Assembly: GCA_032718475.1 (NCBI GenBank) | Contig: JAUCBJ010000326.1 | Location: 35,951 to 99,950, forward strand | Length of the DNA: 64,000 bases | From: Nemertoderma westbladi | Taxonomy: Eukaryota; Animalia; Xenacoelomorpha | Reading direction: 5' to 3' | Part shown: one piece after another, positions 48,449-62,292 of the stretch | Layout: the number at the start of each line of letters is the position of its first letter | Numbering within the stretch: position 1 is the stretch's first letter | The notes under the pieces: generated by a model | What the model was told of the DNA's origin: nothing | Database searches by the model: none | What the model saw: the letters and a program-made list of their open reading frames with translations, nothing else | Translations under genes and position numbers: made by a program

Positions 48449-49289
48449 TAATAACAATATCGTTGTGCTAATTATTACCGGTCGAATGTATTTTAATATT
48501 AATGTATATTTTATGGAATTAATTTTCTGGAATAAAGAATAATAATAATAAATATATTATCAAACATTAAACTAAAAGTAATTACTGTAAATGCAGTAGT
48601 TGTTTCATCGACAGTCTTTCACCTTTCATTTCACGGTCCACTGGTAATACCGGACATCACCTTACAGAAACAACATCTCAGTTTGGGCAACCACTGCTAC
48701 AGTACTTCGAAAAGGATAAACCTGCGCCATTCTGTCCATAAATGCGTCGGCCACAAAGTCCACATTCGAATTAACATATTTCCAACATATTTTCCACCAG
48801 TTCTTGAGGATACATGTCTAGCGAGAGTTAGGGTGCTGACAGCATATATTCCTGACAGACAGGTATGTCGGTGCATTACTTGGCCACAGTGATGAGCTCC
48901 AAATTGCACACCGAGCCTTGTATGTATTACAAGTTCACTGCCTGTAACAGTGTTTTCCATAAACACTGCAATGTTACAAAATTTGTAACTCATAACTTCA
49001 AACATAATCCTTATTCCTTACATTTTTATTTTCTCAGCTTGGTTTCTCCTTATTTATGATTGACCAGTGTCTAAATAGATAAATATACCCCTGCGTGTTA
49101 ATTCATTATTGTTGCTATGTAAAAATCTGTCGTTAAGATAACATAATTTCAAATGGTTTATACAAGTTAACACTTTCAGCAAAAAAAACTGCAGTCATAC
49201 CCAATTTGAACGGTGGTCGGTACTGTCTACTTGACTATTGTATGATAATTTCTTTACTAAAATTATTCTACAACAAAAAAAAGTGTTCT

Positions 49290-51080
49290 AGAACAAAAAT
49301 ATTTATCAAAATTGATGTTTTTCTTTGGGTGGTTGAAATGAGTCCACTTTATTGTATAACTTTGATACGAAGTCAGGTAATTCAACAATGCACAGTTTTT
49401 CGGGTTCTAGAAACTGCCCGGGTAGACGCAATTCCCATGAGTTTCCATTGCTGAACGTAGCCCCAACAAAACTAGCGGTAAGTCGTGATACCAATTTGTA
49501 TTCCTATCTTGTTAATGAGAACTCCAAACAATCTAGATTCGAATTGAGAACCTCTGTCAGTTATGATCTTGTTTGGGACCCCAAAACGGCTTATCCAAGT
49601 GTACATGAAAGCATTTACAATTGCATCTGTTGAAATGTTTTGTAAAGGAACAACTTCTGGCCGTCTAGTGAAACGATCTATAATGGTCAATAGATATTTG
49701 TAGCCACAAGATGATGGAAGCGGTCCTACAATATCAAAGTGAACGGAATCTAAACGGTTTTTAGTTGGGATTGCTCCTATGTGAGTCTTTACGTGAAGAG
49801 TAATTTTTGGATTTCTGGCACTCCAGAAATTGCTTCGCCCACTGCTTGACTTCTTTATTCATACCAGTCCAAATATTACGCGGCTATTAATTTAAGAGTT
49901 TCTTTGGGTCCAGCATGGGCTAGTGAATGAATATTATGAAATACCTTTTTCTCAAATTTGAGGGAAGATATGGTCTAAGGGTAGGCGTAGAGTTATCATA
50001 AAAAACAAACTTTTCTTCATTTATAAAACTTTTTTTAATGGTACAGAGGTTGTTTTGAAAAATTGTTGCAAATGTTGATCCTCCAATTGTTTGTCTGCTA
50101 ATTCAATCATATTATCCCGTGTAATCATTGCTAAAGGTCTAGATAGAGCATCTGCAACAGTATTATCTTTTCCAGTGAGATATTTAATTTCACTATTAAA
50201 TTCCGATATATATGAAAGCCAGTGGGACTGCTGGGGAGTAGGATTTTTCATTTTCAGGCATCGAGGTTTATGATCTGTCAGTATAGTTAGATTTTGGCCA
50301 AGTAACCATTCATGATGCTTTAAATCCGAGTAAATAGCTAATAGTTCTCTACCGAAAGCGGATTTTCTGCACTCGTTGGGCGTTAATCTTTTGGAATAAA
50401 AAGCTAATGACTCTAATTGATCATCTACTAACTGATGAACTACAGCACCGATAGCGACGTTGTATGTGTCTGTTGTGATTGTTATGGGTTCCATCTCTTT
50501 TAGGAAACGCTAACGTAACTGCCTCAGCTAGAGCCTGTTTCAGTTTATTAAATGCGATTTTTCCTTTTGAAGTTAAAACCAAATCTTTATTCTTTTTCTT
50601 TGAGTTATCACTAGTGAGATCAGTCAGCGGTGTGGAAATTTCAGAGAAATGTGGGATAAACCTGTGGTAAAAACCACACATTCCGATGAACCTTCTTAAT
50701 AATTTCAATGTAGTTGGTTCAGGAAAAGCATTAATGGCTTCTATTTTCGATAAATTCGGGCGAACACCTTTTTCAAATACTAAATAGCCTAGGAAATTAA
50801 TTTCTCTTGTGAAAAATACGCATTTAGACAGTCTGGCTTTTAGACCGAATTTTTCTAAACGTTTTAGAAATTGTTCATCATGATAGTGTTGCTCCACACT
50901 TTTACTTCCCACCAAAATGTCATCCATATATCCTACAGCACTGTCAACACCGTATAATGTTACATCCATATATCCTACAGCACTGTCAACACCGTATAAT
51001 GTTACATCCATTAATCTTTGGAACGTTTGTGCTGCATTTCTAAGTCCAAATGGCATTTTAATGTAACTAAACGAACATAC
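49290..51080 (-). mobile_element. Ty3/Gypsy LTR-retrotransposon pol relic (RT-RNase H-integrase)
   Basis: MPFGLRNAAQTFQR, YMDD, RELLAI, TDHKP, ADALSR, IDRFTR and ITDRGSQF in Gypsy domain order; frameshifted; no LTRs seen. Confidence 0.92.
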
Positions 51081-54000
51081 TAGTCAAGTAGACAGTGGTG
51101 ACAACCGTTCAAATTGGGTATGACTGCAATTTTATTTCCTGAAAGTGTTCACTTATATAAGACATTTGAAATTATGTCATATTTAACATAGTCAGCATTG
51201 AGCATTTTTTTCTAGAACAATATTTAACTTAACGACAGATGTTTTGCATAGCAACAAGGTTAAATTAACACGAAGATGTATTTAATTGACCTATGGAGAC
51301 ACTGTGCAATATAAATAACGAAAAACTAAGCTTGAAAATATAGAAATATAAGGAATAAGCATTATAATTGCAATAATGGGTTACAAATTTTGTAAATATT
51401 ACATACATAGCGCGGAGTGCACATTTTTGGAGTACATCATTGAGGCTAATTAATGCACCGACATACCTCTCTGTCCTCAGTAATACCTGATGCCATATCA
51501 GCTCGCTAATACACTCTACATATCCTCAATAAGCCACGGAAGTATGAGTTTGAATGTAAATTCGTAGCCAACATATTTGGATGTAATGGCGTTGCTACTA
51601 CTACTACAACTTTTTGGTCGAGCGTGCTCGAACATTGTTGCGCTGCCTGATGAGCTTCTGCACAGATTTATTTTCTGATGTGCAGTGTTCACCGAAACGG
51701 ATTTTTGATGTATATGTAGGGTGATGTTAAGTTTAATAACTGGACCGTTGATGCATATTTCCTGAATTCGGGGACATAACATGGCATTTACTGGAAGTAA
51801 TTAGTTTATTTTTGAGATTTGATTTATTTTTGATAATATAATTATTAATTTACAAATTATAACACTCATTGTTCGTACACTTGCAATACAAATTACAAGG
51901 CACCTTTAGAGCCTGGCAACTACATCTTGCAGTAGAACAAGGTCTTTGAGAATTGCATCTACAGGATGCTATTTGTAATATAGGCTCTGGAGCCATTGCT
52001 GGTACACCTGGATCTGGTTTAAGTTTGTTAGCGGCCGACAACATCCAACCAAAGTTTGTTGGTTCTAGTGGTGGCTGAGTAATGTCCCCAGCAGCTCTCC
52101 AGAATAATAACTGCAATCTCGCTCTTCTTATATGCTGGACTGCTGAGACATCAGTTGGAGGTAAACTTCGTATCTGGAATAAATAAGAAATTATAATTTT
52201 ATTTTGTGCATGATATTTCGCAAAACTAGGTTAGCTTGCTGGAATTAGATGTACAGTAGTGCGAGTATACGCAAAATAAAAATAGTCACAATACGAGTTC
52301 CTGTTCTAGTATTATATATACAGCGCTGGTTGTACACTATTAACGGTTGATCACCCATTAAATTAATAACATAATAATTTTCTTACCTTTGGGGGATGTT
52401 TGGCTGTAGTAAACACTTTGTATCTTAGCTCATTCAATGATTTGGGCGCCCCTTCGCCTAAAGACCGATATAGGTTTAACAGAAATACATTGCCAGCTTT
52501 TAACCAATCATCTTCTTCGGCAAAGGGGTCAGTAAACGCGGTCAATGTGCTATTCATGGAAGGGAGCAACTTTAAAGCTGTCTTCTTTCCTTTACGGAAG
52601 GGAAATGAAACAGTATCACAGCCTGTCAAGCAATGTAAAGCAAGCAGACTGTGACACTTATCCTTTAATGCTGCAGCTGTTGCGTTTATGTCAATAACTT
52701 TTCCTGAGAATCGTTTCAAAGTTATTTTTGTAGCTGGTTTCATATTCCAAAAAAAGAACAATAAAAGTACAAATATATCTGTATCATCCGCAGTAATCTG
52801 GATATGATTAAATTCATTAATAAACTTTAACATATAACTAATGATTATAACATCTCCTTCCTCATGTTTGAATTCCGAGTTATTTTCACCCACTAAGCAC
52901 AGATTTGAATCCTTGTGGTCGTAGGCGTGGTTGCATAATATATCAATGAGTTGCTTTTTGCTGTTTTCACATTTCATGACTGAGTCTCTTGGTGGTAATG
53001 TTGTATCTGGATTCAAATCGTATTGTATTCCGCTTCCTTTTGAATTTTTCTGTCTCCGTTCTCTCTCATAAGATTTAGTACTGTTGTGACTGTAGTGATC
53101 AAATATAATATATGTTTTGTGAGAGTTTGTGTATTTAGTGGTGAAGTTTTCACATAAAGTTTTCACACTAGATCTACTTGGCCAGTGTATATGGTATAAT
53201 GAGGCATTCCCATCGACCAGTTCCAAGTCTACAGGTTCAAGAGTATCACAATATTGTGCAATGCAAAATAATGCCGATTTTTGGCCACTGCGCATGCATC
53301 CATTTTCATTGAAAAGTGAGGGAGGAAATGGTGACAGCTCGAAATTGAATAATGTGGCTAACTCGATATGTTGTTGTTGTGCAATAACAAGAAGATGTCC
53401 GTACAGTTTCTCTGAATCGCAATAACTCATTGGTGCTATATCGCACTTGATATGTTTAGCCATTGTAACTACTTCTTGTTTAATGGGTGAGTAGAAGGAT
53501 TCTGGGAGGCCGGATATAAACCTATTTAACCCTTTGGTGCCAATATCAACAGAATTGTCCACATTTACAGCAGGAGAAGCGACATGTCCATCAACAATAT
53601 TAATCAATTTATTACTGTAACAGTTCAAGAAAGGATTGGCACTTTTTTTCAGAGCAGCTGCTATACTCTTTCTATCCTTTGCGTCAAGTGCTCTCCGTTT
53701 CTCGGATTCTTCCCTATGTTTACTATTACTTTGACCTGACTTAGGATCTTCATCTAACATCGTTTCTACAGCCATCGAGAACATGTTACTTATGTGGTGT
53801 GATAAGACCCAAACTGATGTCTGTTCCTCTGAGAGAGTCTTTCCAACTAAGCCACCTTTGGATTTTCCATACCGAATATATGTTTGCTCGCCAAATTGAT
53901 CTTGGAAGACAGAATTCCACACACCATTATGATGACGGCAGACAAACTCACCATTGATAAAGGCATCATAAACATCCAGAGGAAGCATGTTCTCCATTTC

Positions 54001-57000
54001 GTGGACATGCCATGTCAAATATCTTGCATAGTTGTAATGACCAGCAGCAAACATATACGGTAACATCATTCTCATTGCATATAAGTAAAGTAGCCAATCA
54101 TTGTTATTCTTAGCTGTGATAAATATGTTGATAATGGATACAGGAGTTATCAAGCAATCAACCCATAGACGTCCTGTTCTTGAATTACGAATATTTTCTA
54201 GAGAGGATTGAACCATATCTAAGGTACTGTCAGGTAATATTATTTCTTTAATTACTTCCGATGCCACCATCCGAAAAGCTCTTATGGCTTTCGGCCAGAC
54301 TTTTCCATTTACCATATTTGATACTCCTTTAAAAGTAGAGCTCAATACATCCTCGAAACCACTTCCATTCATCAAGATCCCTATGCACCCTACAAATGAC
54401 ATTAGAGTATGCATCCCCCTGGGCTTGCAATTAAGTTAACCCATCTTTCTGGGTCAGACCATTTAATCCGTAACACTAGTTTATAGATCGCCATGTCAAC
54501 ACATATATGAACATAAGGCATATTATTCTTGCGGAGTTGTTCTTCTGACCAGGAAAGTACAGTCAAAATCGTGTCACAATTGGTAGGTGGAGAATCAATC
54601 AATGGTCCAAAAATGAACCGAGTAGGACCTTCAGGTATGTGGCCTTCTTCTCGTGATTTACATTGCATGAAACCTGACCATTCCATTGGATTTGTTACAC
54701 TGTTATGGTGAACTGATACTAACCAAGCGACATCGGTTTTCAATGCTGAGTTTAAGCGTTTAACAGTTTCAAAAATCAAATGGGAAGAGTGCCGTTGGTA
54801 AACAAATGCTGGTGGTAATGGTTTTATTTCCCCATTGAATTGGAGAGAATCGATAGCAGTTAGATTTCTTACCCTTAATAAGTTTAATTCCTTTTTACTA
54901 GATATTCTAGGAATGTTTATTTCATATGGTTTAGCACTCCCTCCACTTGATAGCTGTGTGAACTCTAAAGCTGTAGCGTGCGTTTCTCGACATCCATTTG
55001 GTGTATAAACTTGTAAGTCAAAATTATCACACCACACACTAATTATATTTGGACTATCATTGAATACATCTTTGAAACAGAAGTCACATTCACTGGAATA
55101 CTTCGCGGCCGATTTGCGAAATCTTAACACTTCATCATAACTTGCAATGTATCCACTCGAGTGTAAAATATCAATAAGTTCCCTGGATCCAAACTGGAAG
55201 TGTAGCTTTATAGCCAAACCAAGCGTGGTCTGATTATACGATTTACTGACTTGTGATTGTATTGATTGAGCGAGACATATACTCTCCCTGGACAATTCCC
55301 CATCTGACACTAAGGTTGAAACGAATTCCAATAATGTTGGGCTTGTGAATTGAAGAGCACTTCCCTTTGAGAAATCTCTCAACCTGTAAGAAGTTTTAGT
55401 GTCCATATATTTCCTTAAGTTTGTAACCTCAGTACAAATTTTGCGGCATATAATGGCGATGTCAGTTCTCTCCTCGTCATTACTGGTCACCAGTTTTATA
55501 GCATTTGGTAACGCCTCTTTAAAACAAATTAATGAAGCACATCCCTCTATTTTCAAAATAGCTAGCCCATTTCCAAAATGGTCTTTTAACATATTAATTA
55601 GCTCGAAGCGATCTTTCCGAATCTTTGAAGATGGATTAGGTCCATCATGTTCTGAAACATAATAAATACAGTTTAATCATCAACCCGCAATAAAATTATG
55701 AAATTTTGTAGATTTTTTTATGAATGAAATTGAAAGAATTAAAAAAAAATTTAATGAAACAATTTATTTTTGCAAGATGACCGGTTTTCCTAGAAACTTG
55801 GCCGTATTACTAACGCTTCTATGGGTACATTTATTGTAAGTATAAGAAATATTAGAGTATTACTATGTAAATTTGGCGCTATAGAAATTGTTTTATCATT
55901 ATTATTATTATTAAATATACTAACAACAATATCACTCATACTTACTAAAATGTAAATCTCACCTGTAATGTTTCTAGAATAACTATTAAACAAATCGTAT
56001 AGTTCAACGGAAGTCCATATCGCCGAAGGTTTGTAGCGCATTTCTTCTACAATACGATCAAATGCTTGTCCTATGTGATTACAAGAAACATGCTCTTTGT
56101 CCTCAACAACATTATCATTAATATTAGGTTGCACATGTTCCTTACGAAGGGCCGTTAGAATATTCCTCTCCGCTGGTGATAAAAACATAAAAATATATTT
56201 ATATTATAACATAATATTTCGCTCATGTATCATATAAACCAGACATTATTTTATATTTTAGGAATACACAGTGCCGGTGGCTGCCAGAAAAAACACCAGT
56301 TACATCAATTTCTATAAATAATCACCAAAGTTTGGTTCTTATAGTTAATATTTTTAGTTATAGTTATAGTTATATATTTAATTTTAATATAGTTTTAGTA
56401 CTGTAGTTTTGTTTCACTAGCTAATTAAATCTACAGAACTAACTAGCAAAATACACTAGCTACCTGAAATTACTCAGTTACGATTTCACTTACTCTGAAA
56501 TCACTTTTTAATGTTACTTCGCAACTTCTTTGGTACTACAGTACTACCACACGATGTTAAAAAATTAATAAGCTGTAGGCCTAAACTATTATAATATCAT
56601 CAATATTTTTGGTCATGAATATATTCTTGCAACAGTTAGAACCTGAAATATCAATGTTTTAACATTTTTTGTAAAATTTCAAAATATACTAGCTAAACTA
56701 AAAATAGAACAATAGCTACCTTAATACCTACATAATATCTACTAATGTTCTAGAAGACTAACCAACACAAAAATAAAAAAAAATATTTTTAAAATTTAAA
56801 AATACTAGCTAGTAAAAAAAATACTAGCTACCATAAAAAACATGATGTTCGAGAACATTCTTCAATACCAAGTAATGTAAGTCCCAGAGGGGTACCGGTA
56901 TCTTTTCACAAGGAATAATAATAATAGCGCACATTACAGTAGAAAAAGCCATTTATAATAATATTCGAACGTTTAAAATAATTAATATACACAAAAAAGG

Positions 57001-57762
57001 GTCTGGTAAAAAAAAATGGCAGGGTGTGTTGACAGGGCGAAGTAGTACCCACTTTTTAAACACTCACTTCATATTAAATGGTGGCATAAAATATGTAAAA
57101 TACAATACCTGTAAAAGTGACGTAACAACTTCGATGGTATCGGGCTCCCAAAGTACTTAAGTCACCAAGCTCACCATCTCCCAAATCCAAACGAATCTTC
57201 ACTTTCGCAGCCAATTCGTCGTATCGCAGCAATCTGGTTTCGCAAATAGCCAGCAATTCCTTTCTAAGGTTGCCATCGCTGCATCTTATCACACGTTTCC
57301 AACGTTTAGGATTTTTGGGATCTATCGCCTTACATTCCTCCCCGCAGATAAGGCAATCTCTCTCAAAATTAAATGGCACTATAGATCGCAATTTTTTAAT
57401 TGTGTTTGTCGAAGCTGGTAAGCAATCCCCACCCCCACCCCTCTTTAGGATCCTTTTCATTGCCTAATGTAACCTATCACATTACTGCTATGTTTGCATA
57501 ATTTACTACATAAACATAATATTCTAGAATGTTTAATGTTGTTGCTAACACATTCTCTACATAACTTAACATTTTTTGGTAATTTTGTAATGATTTTACC
57601 CTCCAAACAAACGGCCGTAAAAAAAATTGCTCAACCTTTCCCAAAGTCTTTATAGCGAAAATGTATTGTTATAATGTGGAACAACATCATGAGCAAATAA
57701 AATTGCAGTCATACGCTGGAGAACGGTTCGTCAGTAAAATGTACCAAGCGTCTACTCGACTA
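51081..57762 (-). mobile_element. Academ (AcademX-type) DNA transposon, near intact
   Basis: TAG...CTA termini (TAGTCAAGTAGAC / GTCTACTCGACTA), shared subterminal GTATGACTGCAATTTTATTT, and flanks TAC/TAT (3-bp TSD with one mismatch). Confidence 0.88.
51850..57460 (-). CDS. Spliced Academ transposase (DDE-like domain, XPG-like nuclease, C-terminal Cys-rich finger) with one frameshift
   Basis: Inferred exons 57460-57109, ~56190-55963, 55651-52387 and 52173-51850. The donors and the last two acceptors are canonical GT-AG; the exon 2 acceptor was not located. Motifs DNFD, HTLMSF, HYNYARY, DQFGEQT, HEEGD, DDTDI, TGCDTVS, LPPT and CRC..C..CSC..C..CKC. Frameshift in a G5 run at ~54415. Confidence 0.8.
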
Positions 57763-58154
57763 TATGGAATAATTTTGAATTTGATGTACCAATATGGAAA
57801 AAAATTCAAAACTTCAATTTTGAAGTCAAAATAATACTATATGATAAATAATAGCAGTTTTATTCTAGTATATAAAACTATGTTTTATTTCAAAATAAAT
57901 GTTTTAATTTTATTATTATCTCACTAGAATTCCTTATCATAACATCAATCATTGTAGGCGTGATTAGAGTTATGCTTACAAGTTTATTTAGACAGTAATT
58001 ATATTATATTTCAGTGGTCTTTTTATCATTATTTTACAGTTAATTACAATGAGATTAACGATCCTCCTCTCCTGTCTTACACATTTTATTGACAGAGTAA
58101 AACTGGAAGCTGAAATATGATTTATACACCAATTTTGAGAAAAAAAAATAATTT

Positions 58155-59085
58155 TCATTGAGAGCAAAGCCGCTTGTTATTGCATTGTGTAAATTTAATG
58201 CATTAATTAAGGAGGTGGGGCAACACCCAGCAGTTTTTAATTTGTGAATAACTCAACATATTATAAAATTTAATAAAATGAAAAAACCGCCCGAAATTTA
58301 TCGAAGCTGAAATTACCTATTATGTAAAGTGAAAATTACAAAAACGGTTAAGAAATGGAAGCGGAGTAGTCCCTGTTGTATTAATTTTGCCTTCAAAATT
58401 TAATCTTCCTGATCAAAACTATCTGACTCGGGTCTGGTTTATAAATAATGTCAGGCATAAAGGAAGCACACCACATAGCTAAAATTTTATTATGGTGATA
58501 TTCGATTTCTTTTCAAATGTCAATTTTCTGACTTCTGGTCCTGGTTCTGGCTGTCTGTCTTTTATCTTATATTTTGATGGACGTATTTGACAGATTTTGG
58601 CAGACCTGGAGAGACAGTGATAACTCAAACTAAAATAGTGCCTGCAATAATTCTAATTACAGAGTGGTGAACCAAACACTAATTAAAATTAAAAGTATAG
58701 TCACGTTTGCTTAGGGTTTATCTTAATGTAATTACATGTTCGTGGGGTCTTCGCGCAGCACGTGACTTTATACGTATCAAGTTTGGTTTAATTTTGTCAA
58801 TTATTGACAGACTTATTTAGGTTTTTATCAAAAGTCTGAAACTACTGGTACCGACTGACAGACTGTTTGATTTTTGACCAAACTTCAGACTCTTTCTAAA
58901 CTTTTGATGGACTACATACGTACCAAGTTTGGTTTAATTTATGATGGAATGCCGAGATATTAGCGATCAAGATTTATTAGATCATTAGATCAAGATTATT
59001 AGACGACGACGACGACGACAGACAACTCATTAATGGTTGTACCCTTATGGTAAGGCTTCACTCACTTCGTGACTCGCCCTACAAT
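58155..59085 (+). mobile_element. HINE/DINE-1-like (Helentron-associated) non-autonomous element
   Basis: Repeated CAAGTTTGGTTTAATTT cores, a (GAC)n-CAGACA microsatellite and the terminal stem-loop TCAC-TTC-GTGA. Boundaries uncertain. Confidence 0.5.
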
Positions 59086-59948
59086 ACAATACCCCGGTAG
59101 GCCTATTAACACATTACGCAACGATATTGAATAAATTTTATATACCGTAGTATTATAAAGTAGTCTTTTGTAATATGTAGTGATCTGTTGTGACTTCATG
59201 ATCTGTTGTGACTCGATAAATCCACGTGGTGAAGTAAGGTACCAATTTCGCCCAACAAACACTATAACAATAATGGTGCATTTCATAATTCAAAGTAATT
59301 TATTAATATTTGGGAATATGTATTGTAAACAAAACACAGCAATGTCCAGAATTTTCAATTATTTATAAAAATTTTAAAACTAACATAAGATTTACTTACA
59401 ATAATAATAGGAATACACATTAAATTTTTGAGACAAACAAGTATTTGGTTCATTTTCGAATAGTAAAGATCATTATTCACTGTATTATTTAATACAATAA
59501 AGATGTAGACATCAAGGTGATCATGGCGTCAAACTGATCAAACTGGGCAGAATCCTAGAACATCTGGAATTTAGAACATCTGGAATTTATTATCACTGTA
59601 ATATTACTAATGGTGTTGTTACAACCTGGAGCAGCCGAGTCTACCACTGTACACCAATAAATCCAATATAAGTCTCATAAGATGGTACCTCCTCAACAAT
59701 CGAGGTCGCTGAAAGTACCTCGCCAACGACCACACATTTGCTAAGGCTTTGCGCACTTCGTGGCTCGCCCCACTATGGTTATTCGCTAGTCGACAGGTTG
59801 TTCGTAGCATACAGCCATATGATGACAAAACACCGGAAGTCACTTAGTGAAATTTTAATTTTGCCATTCGCGCCTTTTCTGCTGATAGTAAAAGCCATAA
59901 GTCAAAAGTTACGTTAAAAATGTACATATTTCAATAAAATATGCGTAT

Positions 59949-60075
59949 GCTGCATTCTTAATGCACGCTGCATTGGGCTTCTCAATTGTGGATTGCATGG
60001 TGGTGACAAAATATTTTTGTTAAGCTGGTATAGCATCTCAATGCAACACGCTGATTAGTGATTATAGTAGTAGTA
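59949..60075 (+). mobile_element. Isolated 3' UTR and (TAG)n tail of the RTE family
   Basis: Matches the reverse complement of ~39250-39372 (CAATTGTGGATTGCATGGTGGTGACAAAA) and ends TAGTAGTAG. Confidence 0.8.
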
Positions 60076-60844
60076 CTGTCTTTTCCTTTGTAACACTATG
60101 TCATATGTTGTGACTTACGGCCTTTTTACATTGAATATCTAAGAACTTGTATAGTTACGACGTTCTCGATTATACATACCATTAGATAGAGCGCATTTTT
60201 TTGACCTAGGAAAAGTGTAAAAGCCAATTTGAAAAAATGCGACGTCTGTTCTCTTCATATTGCACAGCAGAGTGATGGGACCTACCGCGTGTAGGCCTAC
60301 GGTTGTTCTATGCGGTACACTAAGAAATTAAACATACCCTAAATATAGTAGGCCTAAATAAAAATAAATGATAATCATATTGGAACTATGCACTAAATAG
60401 GGGCTCCCATAATTAAAAAATAATGGCTGTATGAGTTATAATAATTGTTATAATTATAACATATTGTTATAAATATAATAAAGTTATAATAATTTAATGC
60501 TATTTCGTAGCAAAAAATAGTGCTATTCACAAAAAACACAACTCTTCGAACATACATTACATAACTAACTATTCAGTATAAATAATTATGATATAGTGTT
60601 GAATAAAAGTATTGGTCAACATTTGAAAATATTTAAAAATGATATGATTACCATAAATGGCTGTTTAGTCCTCTATGCGTAGGAAAAAAAACAAGTAACC
60701 AGCACTTTTCAGTTAGAACGAAAAATTTTTTATTCACTTATATGATGCTATAAATTCACATTTTCAGGTTTTCTAGGGCGCTGATTCTAATGAAATACAT
60801 TTCAAATATGCCAGATCATTTCTACTTGATTTTTCGGCGTAATA

Positions 60845-61620
60845 TGACAAATTTTGGTGCTAGCTCCAAATTTCGTACCCATCACCAAAAAGTACAAGTT
60901 TGCGATGTCCAGTGCTGTTTTTATTGATTCCATCGGATTCAGGACCCTCATAAACCCGTATAACGCAAGAAACAAGATGATAATATCTACTGATCAATTT
61001 ACTCATTTTCCAAAATTTGGTGCTGGCACAACAATTTTCACCCACCGGCAAAAAATACAAGTTTGAAAACTCTTATGAAATTTTTACTGTTTCCATTGAA
61101 TTTAGAACCCTAACAAACCCGTATAACGCAAGAAACAAGAAGGCACAATCAATTGATATATTTGATGGTTTTCAAAATTTGGTGCTAGCACCACATTTTG
61201 CACCCACTTCCGAAAAATACAAGTTTGAGATTTCTAGTTCGATAATTATATATTCCATTGAATTCAGAACAGCCATAAACCTCTAAAATGCAAGAAATAA
61301 ATTGTCACAAGCAACTTTATCTATTGAATGGATTTTCAAAATTTCGTGCTAGCACCAAAATTTGCACACAGCACCGAAAAATACAAGTTTGATACGCTTG
61401 GTGCAACTCATATATATTTCATCGAAACCAGAACCCCAAAAAACCCCAATTGCGTAAAAAACAAGTTTCAAACAATCAATTTACAAAATTGACATATTTC
61501 AAAATTTGGTGCTGGCACTAAAATTTGGCACCCGCCGAAAAAAACAAGTTTGAAATTTCTAAATCAACTTATGAATTCCATCCAATTGCTAAGACCAAAA
61601 AACCGGTGTAAATCAAAAAT
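60845..61620. repeat. Five diverged ~163-bp tandem units
   Basis: AAAATTTGGTGCTRGC recurs at ~60849, 61012, 61174, 61338 and 61501, each followed by a CAAGTTT motif. Confidence 0.85.
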
Positions 61621-61829
61621 AGAGATGTTACAATTCATATTTAATGAAATGTAATTTTCAAAAAACGTCTCAAAAAAGTGCCAAAAGTAGGGTTAAAAAA
61701 TGGTGCTATAACTCGAAAACTACCCAATATTTTTGAAAACGGTTTTCACTACTAGGAATACAATAGAGTTTTAGGAAAAGTCATAAAATTTCAGATTCCC
61801 AACTGCGTTTGTTTCAGAATTATAATAAA

Positions 61830-61888
61830 AAAACCACGGGAGGGGGTCATATTGCCCCCCCCCCCCCCCCCGGGTTTAATAGGGTTAA
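61830..61888. mobile_element. piggyBac-like terminus (...AATAGGG-TTAA)
   Basis: GGG followed by TTAA after a poly-C run; no partner end identified. Confidence 0.4.
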
Positions 61889-62139
61889 CTTTGACTTTGA
61901 CTCGGTAGTGTGAACGCGGCCTAAAAAGTTATTTTATTCATTTTATATACGTATTATATCCATCCCATTCTTTTTAAATACTAACCAGACCTTTGTCTAA
62001 AAAATATTTGTTCTAGAACATTAATTTTTTCAAAATAAAATGGCTAAATTTCAAAAAAAATAAATTATCAAAAACTAGCTAGTAAATATTTAATTTGGTG
62101 AGGGATGTATGCATACTGAAACAGTATCCACTATTTTAC

Positions 62140-62292
62140 AGTCAAAATAGCCAAGTTGCTATAAAAGTTTCCGGCCAATTTGCTGGTAAAGTTGCCACGT
62201 GTAAACATTAAACAGCGATTAAATTAATTTGCTCCAAACACTAGTTGCCGAGAAAGTTGCTCTAAAAGTTGCCACGTGTAAACAGGCCTTAA
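62140..62292. mobile_element. PIF/Harbinger-like MITE end with AAAGTTGCC subrepeats
   Basis: AAAGTTGCCACGTGTAAACA occurs twice and ends GGCCT-TAA. A similar GTGTGAACGCGGCC-TAA end lies at ~61908-61924. Confidence 0.4.

Larger units (their letters stand above)
43870..48551 (+). mobile_element. Near full-length two-ORF non-LTR retrotransposon (Proto2/RTE-X-like, clade tentative)
   Basis: ORF1 and ORF2 in tandem; short 3' UTR ending AATAAAG(AAT)n at ~48530-48551. The 5' boundary is approximate. Confidence 0.9.
41215..49237 (+). mobile_element. Defective Academ DNA transposon hosting nested LINEs
   Basis: Ends TAGTCGAGTAGAC...GTCTACTTGACTA; perfect 3-bp TSD TTG (41212-14, 49238-40). Both ends are homologous to the 51081-57762 element. 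Decayed first exon (LDLGDGELEDL..LGTRFYRSCY). Confidence 0.88.

Noticed and set aside
51240-51790. Second gene in the Academ 3' region (similar to 48600-49050)
   Set aside because: DNA similarity exists between the copies, but no shared open frame or domain was found.
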